64,000 bases of DNA, from the NCBI GenBank assembly GCA_021613535.1, contig CP075493.1, positions 7,378,001 through 7,442,000 on the forward strand, read 5' to 3'. Shown here one piece after another: positions 22,501 to 36,790 of the stretch; position 1 is the first letter of the stretch; every line of letters starts with the position of its first letter. A model generated the notes under the pieces. It saw nothing but the letters and a program-made list of their open reading frames with translations, searched no databases and was not told the DNA's origin. The position numbers and the translations under genes are program-made. The DNA comes from Adineta vaga. Taxonomy: Eukaryota > Animalia > Rotifera.

Positions 22501-24562
22501 CGAGATGCATGCTCCCATTATGTAGTTGGTTTTTTTTATATGATAATACAAGAGCAGCAACAATGGCGGCACGAAAATGGCTCAGAGCAGATTAGTGAAT
22601 AAAGTAGAGCTCAAAATTCCAAAGAAGAACATGGCAGGAAAAGATTGCTAATTGGCTGGCTTAATTGCTTTTCGAAACGAAACTCGTTGTTTCTTTTTCT
22701 TTATTAGCTGCTTCAGCGTGCAGATGCAGCGATTATATATAGAGAGAGAAAGATTGGCGCGCGTCTGCCTGATAGAAATAGACATATCTCACTTACCACT
22801 ATTTTTAATAAAAGGATTAAAAGAAAGAGTGGGAATAATGAGAAAAGAACCAAGAATTCATTTTTAATGAGAGAATACATACTTCTAAACGATCAGTACG
22901 AGTCATTTTTGGCCCAGTTGGTTGAGCACTTATCTGTGTTACCGGTTGATAATATTGCGCACCATCTGGACTATACATAGCTGTAGCGGTTGTAGCTTGG
23001 GAAAGTTGTTGTAAATGAGCTGCATGTAAAGGAATGCTAAAAGCTTGGCCTGCTGAATTGAATACTAGAGTCGATTGACCTGGGCCAGCTGGACTTAGAT
23101 GAGGATAAGATGCCTAAGAAAACTACGATAGTTGATATTATTTAATAATCATCGTTACTTACCATGGACGTAGGTTGTGGCAAAGGACTTTGAAGAATAG
23201 CACCGTTAGGATACGACATATGAGTTGGTGTTTGTGGATAAATAGCTTGATTAGCAGCGATATTCATAGCTGGAAAAAAAACATCATTTTTAAACGCTTT
23301 AATTTGTTATTAAAGCAAAGAATTATTTTGATTTACCGATACTACGAAGAATTAGATTATTGCGTCCGTTTTGTAATAGAATGTCACGTAAATGTTGCGG
23401 TGGATGAAGATATTTACACGGTGGATTGGTGCGATTGCATTTTCCCTAATCATAGAAAAAAGAAATTCAATTTCATCAAAAACTGGTACGGATGAAATTT
23501 AGATAGAACAAAAGCATACAGGAGATTTTGTTGTCAGTGGATGATTGCTGCTCATAGTAAGAATAATTGAAAAATGAAGAGAAAAAAAAGAAGTAAATCG
23601 AAGAACTCTGTTTACTTAAGATAAATGAAAAAAAAACGAAAGATTTTTTTTCATTTACTAACTTACTTGCTCAAGACTCATCTCGTGTCTCCTTCTTCTT
23701 CTTTTTTTTCACTTAGGTTTGAATCATCAAGATAACAATCTTGCAAGGTGTATATTTCTCCCTCACCCCTACTTCTCTTTGTATAACTGATATCAAACCT
23801 TTACTTTGTCACTCATCTACCCTTTCGCTCATATATGTAATACAAAAATGAATAAACGTTGATTTTTAAATCATCTTTCATTTCGTTCTTTTTTTGCACG
23901 TATATATATATATATACATCATATCTATCTCATATTAAAGGTCGTTATAGTGAACGATGTTCAGCTTTTCATGAATGAATAAGAGAAAGAGATAAACAAA
24001 ATAAACAATTAAACAGTCTATCTTCGTTTTTCTTTTCGCTCTTTACTTTAATCTTTAACTTGACAACGAGATAGATGTCCTCAAATGTAAAATTTATTTC
24101 ATTTGTGCCCTTCTTATGTTGTTTAACTATAATCATATATATATATCCGATGGGCACATTCAATTCGCTGTTAATCATGGAGAGTAAAGATAAGGATAAT
24201 AAGAAACGATAACTAACCTTCAGTGAATCAAAGCAAGCAATCACTTTACCACTATTAACTTCAACATGTGTAGGTGGATGGGCAAATTTACATTCTTGTT
24301 CTGACCGGGTACATTTTCCACGTTGATATTCACGGCAAACTTCGAGTGTTAACCACCGTGAATCTTTAACATTGGCAATCGATGTTAATAACGGCATATT
24401 TGAATTTGCTTGAACTTGTACAGCAGTCGTTGGTGATCCACCAGTTGAAGATGATGAAGAACCAGTTAATGGTGACATATATTGTTGATGATGCATATTG
24501 TTTGATGATGAATAATGAGTACCGTTTGAATCAATAGCCGTTGTGGCAAAACTGAAAGACAT
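19504..24562 (-). CDS. MBNL: Muscleblind-like CCCH zinc-finger splicing regulator (4 ZnF), multi-exon, alternative exons likely
   Basis: [31 protein letters not shown]; IACFDSLK|[16 protein letters not shown]; RTDRLE|[40 protein letters not shown]. The last exon ends [11 protein letters not shown]. Confidence 0.93.
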
Positions 24563-27500
24563 GTACTAGACTCACTGTTTGTCGAATAGATAGACGTATA
24601 TAAGGTTAGTTAGAAATTATCGTTGAGATGTCATTGCATATAAATAGCAATAATAGATATTTTATGAAAATAATTTGATCGTATGTCGTAGAACATCTAA
24701 AAATATATATATATATGGATGTACATGGACGTTTGCTGTCAAAAAATAAATGAAAAAAAAGGAATGGCAAACAAGGACAAACCAAACGATGCTACCTTGG
24801 TGTAGTCTATTAATGATCTGCCATTATATATACAAGCATATATATGTATGTATGTATGTATGGAGACATATGTATGAATGTAGTGGAAAGACAAAGCAAA
24901 GATGGATGTCGAAAGTAATTGACATTTTATAGTCAATTAAGTATTAGACGAACAAAAACATAGACAAACAAGTAGAAAAGAGTAGTAGGCAAGTAGAGTT
25001 CGAGAGTAATAGTGTAATTTGATCGATATCGATATTTGTCGCCAATGCGAAAAAGATGACAACAATCGAAGAAAATTTGGAAAAGACTCGTGCATGATTT
25101 TATTAATTTCTATTGCTGAAAAACTAGAATATTTCAATTAAATATCGACGTTATATTTACTTTTCTCGCGTTTTTCCATCTTTTTATTATAATACGGTTC
25201 TGATTTGTTCTTTTCTTTTTAAATTTCTCTTACCTACCAACCATTTCATTCACACATTGTGCATCATCAGTCATGCGTGTAGAGTATGCTGTTGAACGCA
25301 CCCATACATCTCACTTTTCTTTCTCATATTTTTCTTCCATCTAGACTATTATACAAACGACTAATAACTATCTGATATCAACATGAAGAACTTGTCTTTT
25401 TTTATACATATCAAAAAGAACAAGTGCTATATCGAATACAAGGTCGATATCTATCTCTATTGTTTAAGTTTTCCATCAGTATACATGGATGCCTACATAT
25501 GCTGGAGGCGGGCGATGAGATGTACAGATATAGATATTACTGAAGGTTTTTCTTTCTTATATTGAGAATACAAAAAAAACATAGAAAGATTTGTACTGAA
25601 AAGCACGAATGACGATAGAAATCAGATATGAGTTTTACTTGTCGTTATCAAATCGAAAAAAGCCAAACAGCAGGAGTAATCTAAGCATATCGATTGACAT
25701 AGTAACGGTGTCAGAATTTTGATATAATCAAATGTGAAAAGTGTTTAGTGTCGATTAACGCTTCTTCGCACGCCAACTTCTCAACTTCTAAGAGAACTTA
25801 TTTACGTCTTCTCTTCGTTTCTCTTTGTTCCATCAATACGAGATGGTGAGAATGAGAGAAGAGCATAACTACTCACATCCATGTGTAAAATACACCGCTA
25901 CCTAAATAACAGAAAGAAGAGAGAGATGAGAAAAGAGCAACATCGTCGACGATTCAAGTTCCTTGCTATAGACGTAACATCACTATATTGTATGTGCATA
26001 TATGTAAGAGAACTGCCATAATTTTTTTTGCAGCTTGGCAATTGATATTTACGCGTGTACTTTACTTTTTCTCTCGTTTTCTTTTCTTTTTTTTTATCGG
26101 TAGACTAATGTCAAAATGTTAGAATTACTCCATATTCAATCATCACAAACATTTACATATATATATATATCAAAGAGTAGATAGACAAATAAAAGATAAA
26201 AAAAACCTGGAAAAGAACAGACAAAAGTAACGTGCCATTTCTACGAACAATTTTTATCGCATGCTGAACAAACCTGATAGATTGATCCATTGAATAGAAT
26301 TTTATGTTTTTTTTTCTTAGACTCTTGATCTTTTATCCTTATGAAATGTTGTTTATAGGATTGTCATAGTGAATTGATTGATTGAGTGAAATGTAATTGA
26401 CAGATGACTAATGAACAAAAAATACGTAGGAAACTATGCGATGACAACGATATATATACATATATACAAGGTTAGACGACTAACAAATATCTAATAATAA
26501 AAATAGACAGTTGCTTTGTTAACTCTCTCAATTACTCGAACATTCGTTGTCTATATGTAAAATGTAATGTCGAAATTTCTATTCAATTAAAGAGTAAACT
26601 ATTATAAATGAAATGAACTCACCTTTAGAACAAAAATCTCTCGAGTTGAAGCAACTGTTAGTAATCGTTATTTTACATATGTGAATGTGTTTTTTTCTCG
26701 TATGCTCACTACTGAGTCGAACAACAAATGCGTATAATGTTTTTTCCTCTTCTTCCTTTTTCCTTCTTTATTGACTAAAAAAAGATGCGTTTGTACAAAT
26801 ACATATACATACATATTCTGCCTCACAATTTTTCATCATTATTAATACATATATGCGATGAAATAGAAAAAAAGGAATACTTGTAAAGGTAATATGTATA
26901 CATATATACATGTATATGTAGAAATAATAACATCCGAAGGTTCTTTTTTTTCTCACCTGTCTATATCTGTCTATGGCCTTCTCTCAGAAGACATTAATAG
27001 ACAAATTTCTTTTTCTTATTTCTATGGCATGATTCGGTTTTGCTGATTTGTACAAATCTTAGACCTATGAATCATATGATGGCGGTAGTAGTTCGATGCC
27101 ATTTTGATGAAATAACTTATTTCTTCTTCTCCCTCGCCCTTGCTTCTTTTACTGTCTTCTCTAGTCGCTGTTGCTGTTGTTCCTACTACGACTGACAACA
27201 ACACATACACACACGTATAAGCGACAACAAGCGCATTAAAAAAAATTAGATTCTCGTTTTTCTTTTACTCTATTCTATTACTCTATGTATAGCGTTATGT
27301 CTGCCGCCGATACAAGTCGCCGGTGTAGCTGATTTTTCAGAGAATGACACGACGAACAGCAAGAGAGAAAAGGGAAGAGAAGTATGTTGGTTTCGGTTCT
27401 TGCGCCATAGCAAACAACAATCTATAGATTTGCTATTTATTATCGACTATTACTCTGTCTATCTTATTTTTTCTCTTTTTGTCAACAGCGTTTATATGCA

Positions 27501-29258
27501 CGCACGGACTTATTCGCATATATTTGTCATTGCTCTATACTCAAATGAATGCATATATAGATGTACAAATGAAGCGCGAATGATGGCAGTGAATCTATTA
27601 TAACAAAGAGAAATACTCGGTTTCAATAGCATATATGTATAGAAAACTAGAGATTGTACATATACTTGTCGTTTCGAAGTATTGGATATTGATCCATGAT
27701 GATAATTTGATTATACTATAGCAACAGATGTAGAACATGAAGGTGAAGGTCATCAAACTGATCGATTATATGAAGAGAAAGGAAAAGGTAGATGATGATG
27801 AGGATGATGATGATGATGACATGATAGAAAAGAAAAACTAATCTCTTTACAAATATCAACAATGATAAGTAAGAGAAGAAAGCCAGAAAACTGACTAGAT
27901 AGTTGAAACCTTATGTTGAAAAAAAATGAAGGGAAAGAAGAAGAGAAAAAAGAAAAAGAAGTGATTCATTCAACGAACAAAATCCACTTGAAGAAATAAT
28001 CCATATATATATATATGTATGTTTGTTATTGACTCAATAATGTTGAAGGTTTATTTTGTAAAGATCCGATTTCTTTGTATACTAGCGCATATACATATGT
28101 ATACTGAGTCTTTGTAATCATTTGGTTACTACTGTTGTATATATAACTTATGTAAGACGAAAGATAACGACTTACCTTACAGTATTCACCTCTCGTTGTT
28201 GATTTTGTTCAAGTTTATTGAAAAAATTGAAAGATCGATAGTTCTTACTTGTGTGACTGTTGATGATTGTATGTGCACAAGTGTATGGCGGATTCTATTT
28301 GTTCTCGTAATGAATTCTGTTTTTTATCAGAATAATATCTCTCTTTCTTCTTTTCCTTCTATTTCCCCTTGACTGCTACTCTCTTCACTGGCAACACAAC
28401 TATTGCTAACTACCGTGAGTGAGTATGATTAAAGTGATACTGCTTCCTTCTCTCTCTCTCATTCTCTTTGGTGCTAGAAACATATTTGCATAAGATAGAA
28501 AAAACAATGGCACAAAAAAATTCTTCATGTCGACTTGAGAGAATGCATCAATATCGTAGAAAGAGATAGAAATGAAGAAAAAAAAATAAAATACTACGAC
28601 CAGCATTGTCGGCCTTTTTGTTTTTAATCTCTCTCGGGATATACTACAATCAAACGTTACCATATATACATATCTTTCGTTTTTATAGAAAGTCAAGACA
28701 AACAAATACTTTATTGTAGAAAGATATACTGTATTTATGTTCTTTATGCGACTAAGTTAATACCCTCGATTGTTAAGCTAGTTATAATCCCGCATAAAAA
28801 TTCATTCCGTCATAATTTCGAAGATTGATCGATGATTCTTATGAATATAATAAAGTTTTCCTTTCTGCTTTTCTAGTTTGCCAACGATGATTTTATTAGA
28901 AGAGAAGAAAAGACAGATAAGAAAAAAAAGAGAGAACATTTTTTTTTGTTCATTTTCTTTCTTTTTCACACTTTCACGAGTTGTAGATCTACGTGAGCAA
29001 CCTTCATCATGAGATAGGAAATAAAACAGACAACCTTTTCAAAAAACACGTTCAATCTTCTTTTGCACGCATGCACACATCTCCCGGATGTATGCCACAA
29101 CACCTTGATATAATACTTTTATGAACACTTTTATTTTGAAATATTTTATGACATACGCTACTAAAGAAAAATAAATATCAAAAAGCACGATACCATAAAA
29201 ACAAATAGGAGCTTGTTTAAAAACGACAAATCACATCGATGGGAAAAAAAAGGAATTT

Positions 29259-31846
29259 CTAATGATTTTTTTTCTTGTCTTTTTCTTGTGTTGGTTCTTG
29301 AGCTTTTCTTGATTTCGAACTTGCACCATTTAATGTCAGTGCCAAAATAATTGAAAGTAATGGTACGATAAAATACCATGTTTTATAAAAGTACCAAACT
29401 TTTCGAATTTCCATGAGTACAAATGGAACAACAGAAAAATTTAAAGTCATTTGCGTACCAAACCATGTAAGACAACCATAGATAGCTTTTGTTACTTGAT
29501 TCTTTTGAAAATAAGGTCGAATTTGTCTCCGAATACCACGACCTGCATAGGTTTGAAATGCTGCTAAGATGAAACAAATATAATAACCTGGATAAAAACC
29601 ATGCTGAAATAAAATGAAGAAAGAACCGAATAATTAATCGTTTAATGTGATTATATAATTTCTTTTCATATAAAAACAAAATGAACCTCGTCGTTTTATT
29701 ATATTCTTTTTTTTAATCTAATACGATAGCTTTTCTTCTTTCTATCCCTTGAGAACATTGCAATAGTTATAGTGAGAAAAAATTAAAAAGTTATCTAAGA
29801 TCGTTGTACATGATTAATCAAGAGAAAAAAAATGTTATTAATTATAATGATTAGTAGTTTAGTGTATAAACAAACATGCAGCATTATCTAAAGTTTTACC
29901 TTGGAAATCAAGCATTTATTGGCATCTATATGAAAGTATAGAAATCTCTTCATGAATAAGAAACTTGCCTGTCATGCAGAAGCAAGCAATGTTTTAAGGA
30001 TTAGTACAATAAGAAAAATATTGCGATATAGTATGGAACTGGAATAAAAATGCTGAATGATAGTGAGTAGCTGAGAAAGTTTTCATAATTCTCATGGCGA
30101 GGTGTATTGATATCGTACACTTATAAGTGTAAATGTTTTTCAAGAACATGTCATCATCATTCTCATAAAATATTGTCAAATGATTATTTTGTCATGTCTG
30201 TAAACTTCGAGGCTTTGATTAGGAAATGAAAGGACTCTCATTTTATAATAAGTATTGTTGTTCTGATCAAAAGAATCCAAAAATAAACTTCTTGCACAAT
30301 GAAGTTTCCATATGATATCCTATGAAAAAATCCAAAGATATCTTTTGTTTATCTTACCCAAAGTGCTGAAAGAACAAAAACACCTAAAGTTCGACCTTTT
30401 TGTAATCGATCATAACAAACACGACGAAGCCATAAAGCCGTTTCTATATACATAGATAAACAATCCATTGAATAAAATATTTCGAGCATATTTCGAAATC
30501 CTTACGCATATTCCATAGATCGATCACAACTTTCAAACTTGTTGCCGTTTCTAATTGAAATGGTTTAACGTTAGTTAAAAGATTCCATTTTGGTATGCCC
30601 TCTTTATCATAACCATTGAAACCAAGACCAGCTGCATTATTCACTGCTTCTGAGAGAATAAAGGCAAAATAATATCTGAAAAGAATCACAACGATGTTAT
30701 TTATTAATATTTAAGTGTCTTTATTGACTTACTTCACTCGTGAACAAAATGTTGTAAATAAAAGAAAAACGATTCGTTTATAGAGTGGTGAATTAATCAT
30801 ATCTTGACTTAAGTTATGTTCAACTGGATAATATGGAGTATAGACAATCAAAACATAACCCCAAATAGCACATTGTGCCAGTTTAGTTAGTACAGGCCAA
30901 AATATTGATGGTTGTTGGATTTCTGATAAACGTTCCTCACTGGATGCCTTGCTGGTGGTTGAACTACTAGTCGGTATGACAAGTAAATTTTGTCCTTCAA
31001 TAAAATCACGATAATCTTTGTAGAAACATAATGGACCAACGCAGATGCCATGAAAATAGAATATATAACTAAGATATTCAATTGGACTTGGTATCTCAGT
31101 AATCTTTTGTTTTTCTTGATCTTCACTTAATGCTGGATTTTCATCATCTTCATCTGGTCGTCGCCGTTTGGCTCGTTGATTCGAACGATAACCATCGAAG
31201 AATGCGAATGCAAATGCTGTTAATTTTTGAGTATTTATCATCAATGGGCCACTAATATCAAGCGTATAATTACCATAATCATAGATAACTCGATGTATAT
31301 GAACTAGAAAATTACAATTTTGTTCATAGTCTTTCAGTTTAATGAATAAATAACTACTTACTGACACTCATATAAATCATACAGAAAACAAATATTACCA
31401 GATAGGAATGTCTTGGTGGAACGATATAAAGCATAAGATAAGCAATTGATGATTGGGCAATGATATGCCAGATTTGTGGACCAAAACAAAAGTAACCAAG
31501 AGCAATACCAAGAAAACTAGCTAAAATAAATGATTTGAACATAAAACTTGTTTACAACTCTTAACGATGCAATGAAATTCACGCATTCATTCATATTTCT
31601 GTAATCACTACTTTTATTGCAAAATCTATGATGTATTAACATACCAACGACATGTCTTGGAATTGTATTACTAGGTTTCGGTGGTAGAATGCTACGAAAA
31701 CATATAGCAAGAATCAATGCTAAAAATTCCGAAAACAGAAAATTGAATTGATCAATGGGTAGACCAGCCATATTCGCCACTGGGCTAAGAATATGAGAAC
31801 CTTTGTAAGTTGAACCATTTAAGACGCTGCTGGAAGGTTGATCCAT
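29259..31846 (-). CDS. MBOAT2: MBOAT1/2-type lysophospholipid acyltransferase, about 6 exons
   Basis: YKGSHILSPVA, LPIDQFNF, YTLDISGPLMINTQKLT, GPLCFYKDY, YYFAFILSEAVNNAAGLGFNG, WLRRVCYDR. Active-site SALW|HGFYPGYY is split by intron 29604-30357. Confidence 0.9.
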
Positions 31847-32637
31847 AATTAGAAGATATTTTAATTATCTATATGTATATATTAGGCTTCTTTTAGACGA
31901 AACAAATGAAATAAATTTTTCTAAAATAGAATTATTCAATAATAAATAATGATCAGATATTCACAACAATTATATTATAGAAATTTCAATTTTTTTCAAT
32001 AAATATCAATGATGTGTTTATTGTGGACCGATCGAAAGTAAAACACATGATGTTTTTCTTTTTCATACAGTCACGTATATCGTAGTCTTATCGAAAAAAA
32101 ATGTATCTGATAAAATAGTTTATCCTTACTGTAGAAAAACGTTTATTGACTGTTCTAAAAAAATAGACAACAAAATTTCTATTAAATAAAAACTAGTAAC
32201 CTATCCGTACAAATCTGTTGGTATCTAAACTGATAATGAAAATGGGTAGAATATTCTTATCAACTCCTCATAGAAATGAAAATAACTGGTCTTTTTTGAA
32301 AACCGTAATTCAATATATTCATTCTCCAATAACAAGAAAAAAATGCCGACTTTCCGGAACATGTACCTCTATTCCATGAGAGTTCCTCACGCGGCACCAG
32401 TTGATTATTTCTTTTTCTTCATAAATTTTGATCTATTTCAACTAATTCAAAGTAGAATAGAGAGAAGAAAAAAAAACACACAAGAAACAACATCAATGAT
32501 AACAACAGAAGCATGTTTATTTTCTTTGCTTAAATGCAAAAAAACGAAGGAGAAACATCGAAATATGACTACATAAACACATACAGACACATGAAATAAA
32601 CATTGTTGTATAACATACACAAATCACCTGACATATT

Positions 32638-32925
32638 TTATATTCCTGTTGTTTGTATCTGTTGAATTAAACTAATATTGTCACCTTTAAGTAAAATACG
32701 TCCAATTTTTTTTCGTTGATTCTTTTTCAATAGAACTTCTTCAGCATCATCCAAAACAAGATTCATATATTCATCAAATCCAATAATATAACCTTCGATT
32801 CGTGTTGTTGCTTGTTCATAGAGCCAAACTTGTATACGTGATCGATTTTGTAAATATCGAAAGATCAGATTAATCGGTTGAACCATAACTTTCTGTACTT
32901 TCGTTTGTGGGCCACGTCCTGACAT
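32638..32925 (-). CDS. SNRPE: Small nuclear ribonucleoprotein E (SmE), intronless CDS
   Basis: [30 protein letters not shown]...[15 protein letters not shown]...[15 protein letters not shown] at 32925. Confidence 0.97.
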   Translation of the reverse strand: MSGRGPQTKVQKVMVQPINLIFRYLQNRSRIQVWLYEQATTRIEGYIIGFDEYMNLVLDDAEEVLLKKNQRKKIGRILLKGDNISLIQQIQTTGI

Positions 32926-33376
32926 GATTATTTCTGTTTTATCTAAAGAAAAAGAAAATAACAATTGATATCTACTTAGTTTGCTTGTATAAAATTCTTT
33001 CCGACACAAAAAAAAGAACAAACGAGAGAGCATGTCAAATGAAATGCCTGGCTGAGTTATATACACACACACGTACACACATGTAAAATATATATACACA
33101 CATAATCTATATACATTGAAAGTTTTTCTTTTGAATTTCCTGACAGGCCAAAAAGGAATATTTAAGAAAAACAAAACATTGCACAATGAATAATCGCAGG
33201 ATTGACATTTTCATGAAAGGAAAAAAGAAAAGTATGAAACGATTTTGCTGGATTGAATAGAGAAAACAAACACGCGAGATCACCTGAAACGACTGAAGAA
33301 CATACGTTTTCTTTTAAAAAATACATGTAATTCACTGTTTAAGAAAATAGTTTGCAGAAGAAAAAATAGATTTCTA

Positions 33377-36300
33377 TTAGCTAGCTACTGCAGAAGACTT
33401 TTCACAATATTTCGAATCAAATTGTTTAAAAAGGTGAAGAATTGATTGAAGTACTTCAAGAATAAACATATCTGGATAACCAATGGATAATTGATCATCG
33501 TAAAATGTTTGAATGATTTCATAGATTTTTTCATCATGAATTATTTGAACATATCGATTACCTGAAAAGAAGTGAATGTTTTTTTTTGTATACAAAATGA
33601 GTTTTGCTCATAGACTTACGATCAGTACTACAAACATGATGAATAGCCCATATCGCCCATAATTGTACAACAGGTATTCGAGTACAATAGAGTAATGGTA
33701 GAAATGGTTTGAATGATCTAAATATAACAAATTATGATAATTAGATTTCTTTTTTTTCTTCAAATCAACAGATAAATGTTATTAGGCTACTACCAATTAT
33801 TTAGAAATAAGATTGGTTTTTACCTGTATGTCACCATATTTGTATGTGGACTTTGCCATGATTTAATAGCATCCATCATTTGTTCACACAAATCAAAATC
33901 AATATCATCATTCTTCTGATCATAAAGTAAATGTGCAAGAATTCCTGTCGCTGAAAAAGCAACATCAACTACAGCTTCATTGATATATCTTTTCATTAAT
34001 GGAATAATTCCAATGGAATAAAGATACGATTTTAGATGTTGTACTTCAGCTATATTACTTAATAAACCAACAATTTTTGTTAATACAATTGTATCTGATG
34101 CAAACAAATCCAGAAGACGCTGAAATAATTCTAAACCCATTGATTGTATAAAATTTCTACAAACAGTTGCATTTTCATCCGTTAAATTCCATAATAAACT
34201 CAGACAAAAACGTAATGTATCATCACTTGTTAATTGTTGAGGATTATTCAATAGAATATCAATCTCATTTACTGATTGATCATTATGTGCATTATTCATC
34301 TGTTGATTTTGAGTGATTTGCATTGTTTGTAAACGATCAATTTGTTGTTCGATTAATTGAAGTAAACGCTTGAGATTTTTTATCGTACCTAATTGTGTAC
34401 ATTCATCAATTGTTAACTAAAATCAAAATTCTGAAATCAAAATATCTTGTCTTTTTGGAAATACTTACTCTTGTTGTTAGTAATGATAGAATTGCCATTC
34501 CAGGTTGTATAATACCTAAATCTGTATAATTCTGTAGATTTTGCATGACTAACTTTGCTAGCAAACAAAATTTGAAACATGGTTCATGTAAAATTCGATC
34601 ACTACACAATGTTAAAAGACAATTTTTCTGTAACTAGAACACAAAATTCATCAATTGAAATAGAAAAACAAAAAAAAATCATTAATTGTATTTACTTGTT
34701 GATAATTAGGAAATGTTTCCATAACATTCATGATAGTTTCAATAATTCCTGTTAGATATTTGACATGAAGTTGTTCGGGTACTGGTGTGCGTGTTAGATT
34801 ATAAATACATGCTGTTGATGCCATTTGTATTGATTGAATATTTGCATGATTAGACATTATATGAAGGATAAGTTCAATAAGAAGATGTTGTTGTTTTGAG
34901 TGAAATGATCGTGTTAATAAAAAGACTGAAGAAAGAATTTTCTGTATGAAACCAATACGATCATGATAACGTTTTAATGCTTCAATAAGATAAGGTTCAT
35001 AAAGTAATAGATCATTTTCTGTTAGAGTAAGTGTTGCTATATGTTCAATATCATATGTATAATGTCGATATTTTGAATAACATAAATCATTCGAATCAAA
35101 TAAATATTGAGAAGATTTTTCATTCGTTAAAAATAAGCCCAAAAATTGCAAATTCGAATGATTTATTAAGAATTTAGATAGTGATATTGATGATATTGTT
35201 TTCAATCCACTAATATCGAAATGTTTCAAACATGGAAGACAATTGACATCACTTAGAAATCGATTTATATCACTTTCAGGATCGATTAGTGGATGTTGAT
35301 GATTATCATTGATTGTATTTTCATTACTTAAATCTAAATATTCCAAAGATTTCAATTCATATAAGATATGATAGATCGTAGGATTTTGTTGCATATGAAG
35401 AGAACAATTGAAAAGATTGAGCCATTTTAATTTTGATGATAATTTTAATAGTGAATGAAAGGATTTTATGTTACGACATGAAGATAAATCAAGTGTATGT
35501 AATTTGTCTAAAGAACTAATAATAATGTCAAAACATGGATTTTTTAAATCGGTTGAACTGATATTTAATGATGTTAAATTGACACATTTTAAAACAAGAT
35601 AAAGATTAGTTGGAATTACATTGACTGGAGTTGTTATTGTAGGTGAAGAAGTCATTGAACTAGAAAGAAATTAGATAGTGAAGTCTTACATATTTCTTAT
35701 AGAAAAAAAAAACCGTAATGAGAAACTCCTACCGTTTTGCTAATGGTGACATATCTACAAGTGAATATGTACGTGCTGAAGTTGTATTTGAAGTTTGAAA
35801 GAATTTATAATACGAAAGACTTAATCTTTTCAAAGATTCAATTGTTTTTGGATGTAAATTACTTAGAATTCCATATAAAACTTTATCATGTGAAAATTCG
35901 TCTGACGAATTACGTAAATGTTGTGTGGAAGAAGGACTTGATGCAGATGTTCGTCTTGAATTATTTTGTATACGTGAATATTTATGATGAAAAATTAATG
36001 GACTGTATACAGTATAAATTTCATCTGCGGTCGAATCAATCGATGGACATATATGTTGATAGAAGAATTGACTAGTTTTCGAATTGTTTCGATTGGAATT
36101 GCAATCTTTAAATATAATATTTAACTCAATTAGATTTGGATGTTGATTGAAAATATGACATTGTAATCGTGTGATATATTTTACATTAAGAATAAGTCGT
36201 TTTAAACAAGTAACATTGGATGAAAAAAGTGAAAGAGTATAATCATTTAAGTGATCATTTGTAACTAAATATTGAACTAATTGTTCAGATAAGAATGAAT

Positions 36301-36502
36301 TTAATGGGCAATATCCATGACGAAAATAGTCAAGAAAGAAGTTTTGATGATAATCTTTCCGTTTTAATGGATTGTTTTCTTCGACAATGATGTTTTCAAT
36401 ATTTTCTTCGATATTTTGCTTCCAAATGTATTGATCAGTGTTTAATAGAGATGCAAATTTACGTAAACAGATCACATTTAATTTATCGGGATTATCTACC
36501 AT
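33377..36502 (-). CDS. ZYG11: ZYG11/ZER1 family CRL2 substrate receptor (BC-box, LRR, ARM), multi-exon
   Basis: N-terminal PDKLNVIC BC-box-like motif, LRRs, QMASTACIYNLTR, TLRFCLSLLWNLTDE and YRSFKPFLPLL..VQLWAIWAIHHVC (closer to ZYG11B than to ZER1). Confidence 0.87.
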
Positions 36503-36790
36503 TGAAATAGCTTGTATAGTTTTGTTTAATTGGGATATACATCAAAGGAAAGTATGCCAACGGGCAAAAAGGAAAGAATATTTTCTCAACAAATGAATCA
36601 CTTCATTTAGGTTTAATATCTAAAACAAAAAAAAAGTATTTATGTATGTAAGTACGTCGAATAACAAAATGTAATATGGATAAGAGAAAAACGAATATTT
36701 TTTGACTTTTAAAGACGTCACTTCAAACTAGTGAGTAGAATAGAAGAAAACAAAATTAGAACCCGTATAAAATAAATAACAAGAATTTAA

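Noticed and set aside
29604-30357. snoRNA in the long MBOAT intron (ATGATGA at about 30151-30160, minus)
   Set aside because: No downstream CTGA box D was found at a suitable distance.
32926-33186. N-terminal extension of the SmE ORF, and similar extensions on ANKRD39 and NUP210
   Set aside because: These come from non-ATG or upstream starts running through acceptor-containing UTR or intron sequence. Homology begins at the downstream ATG.
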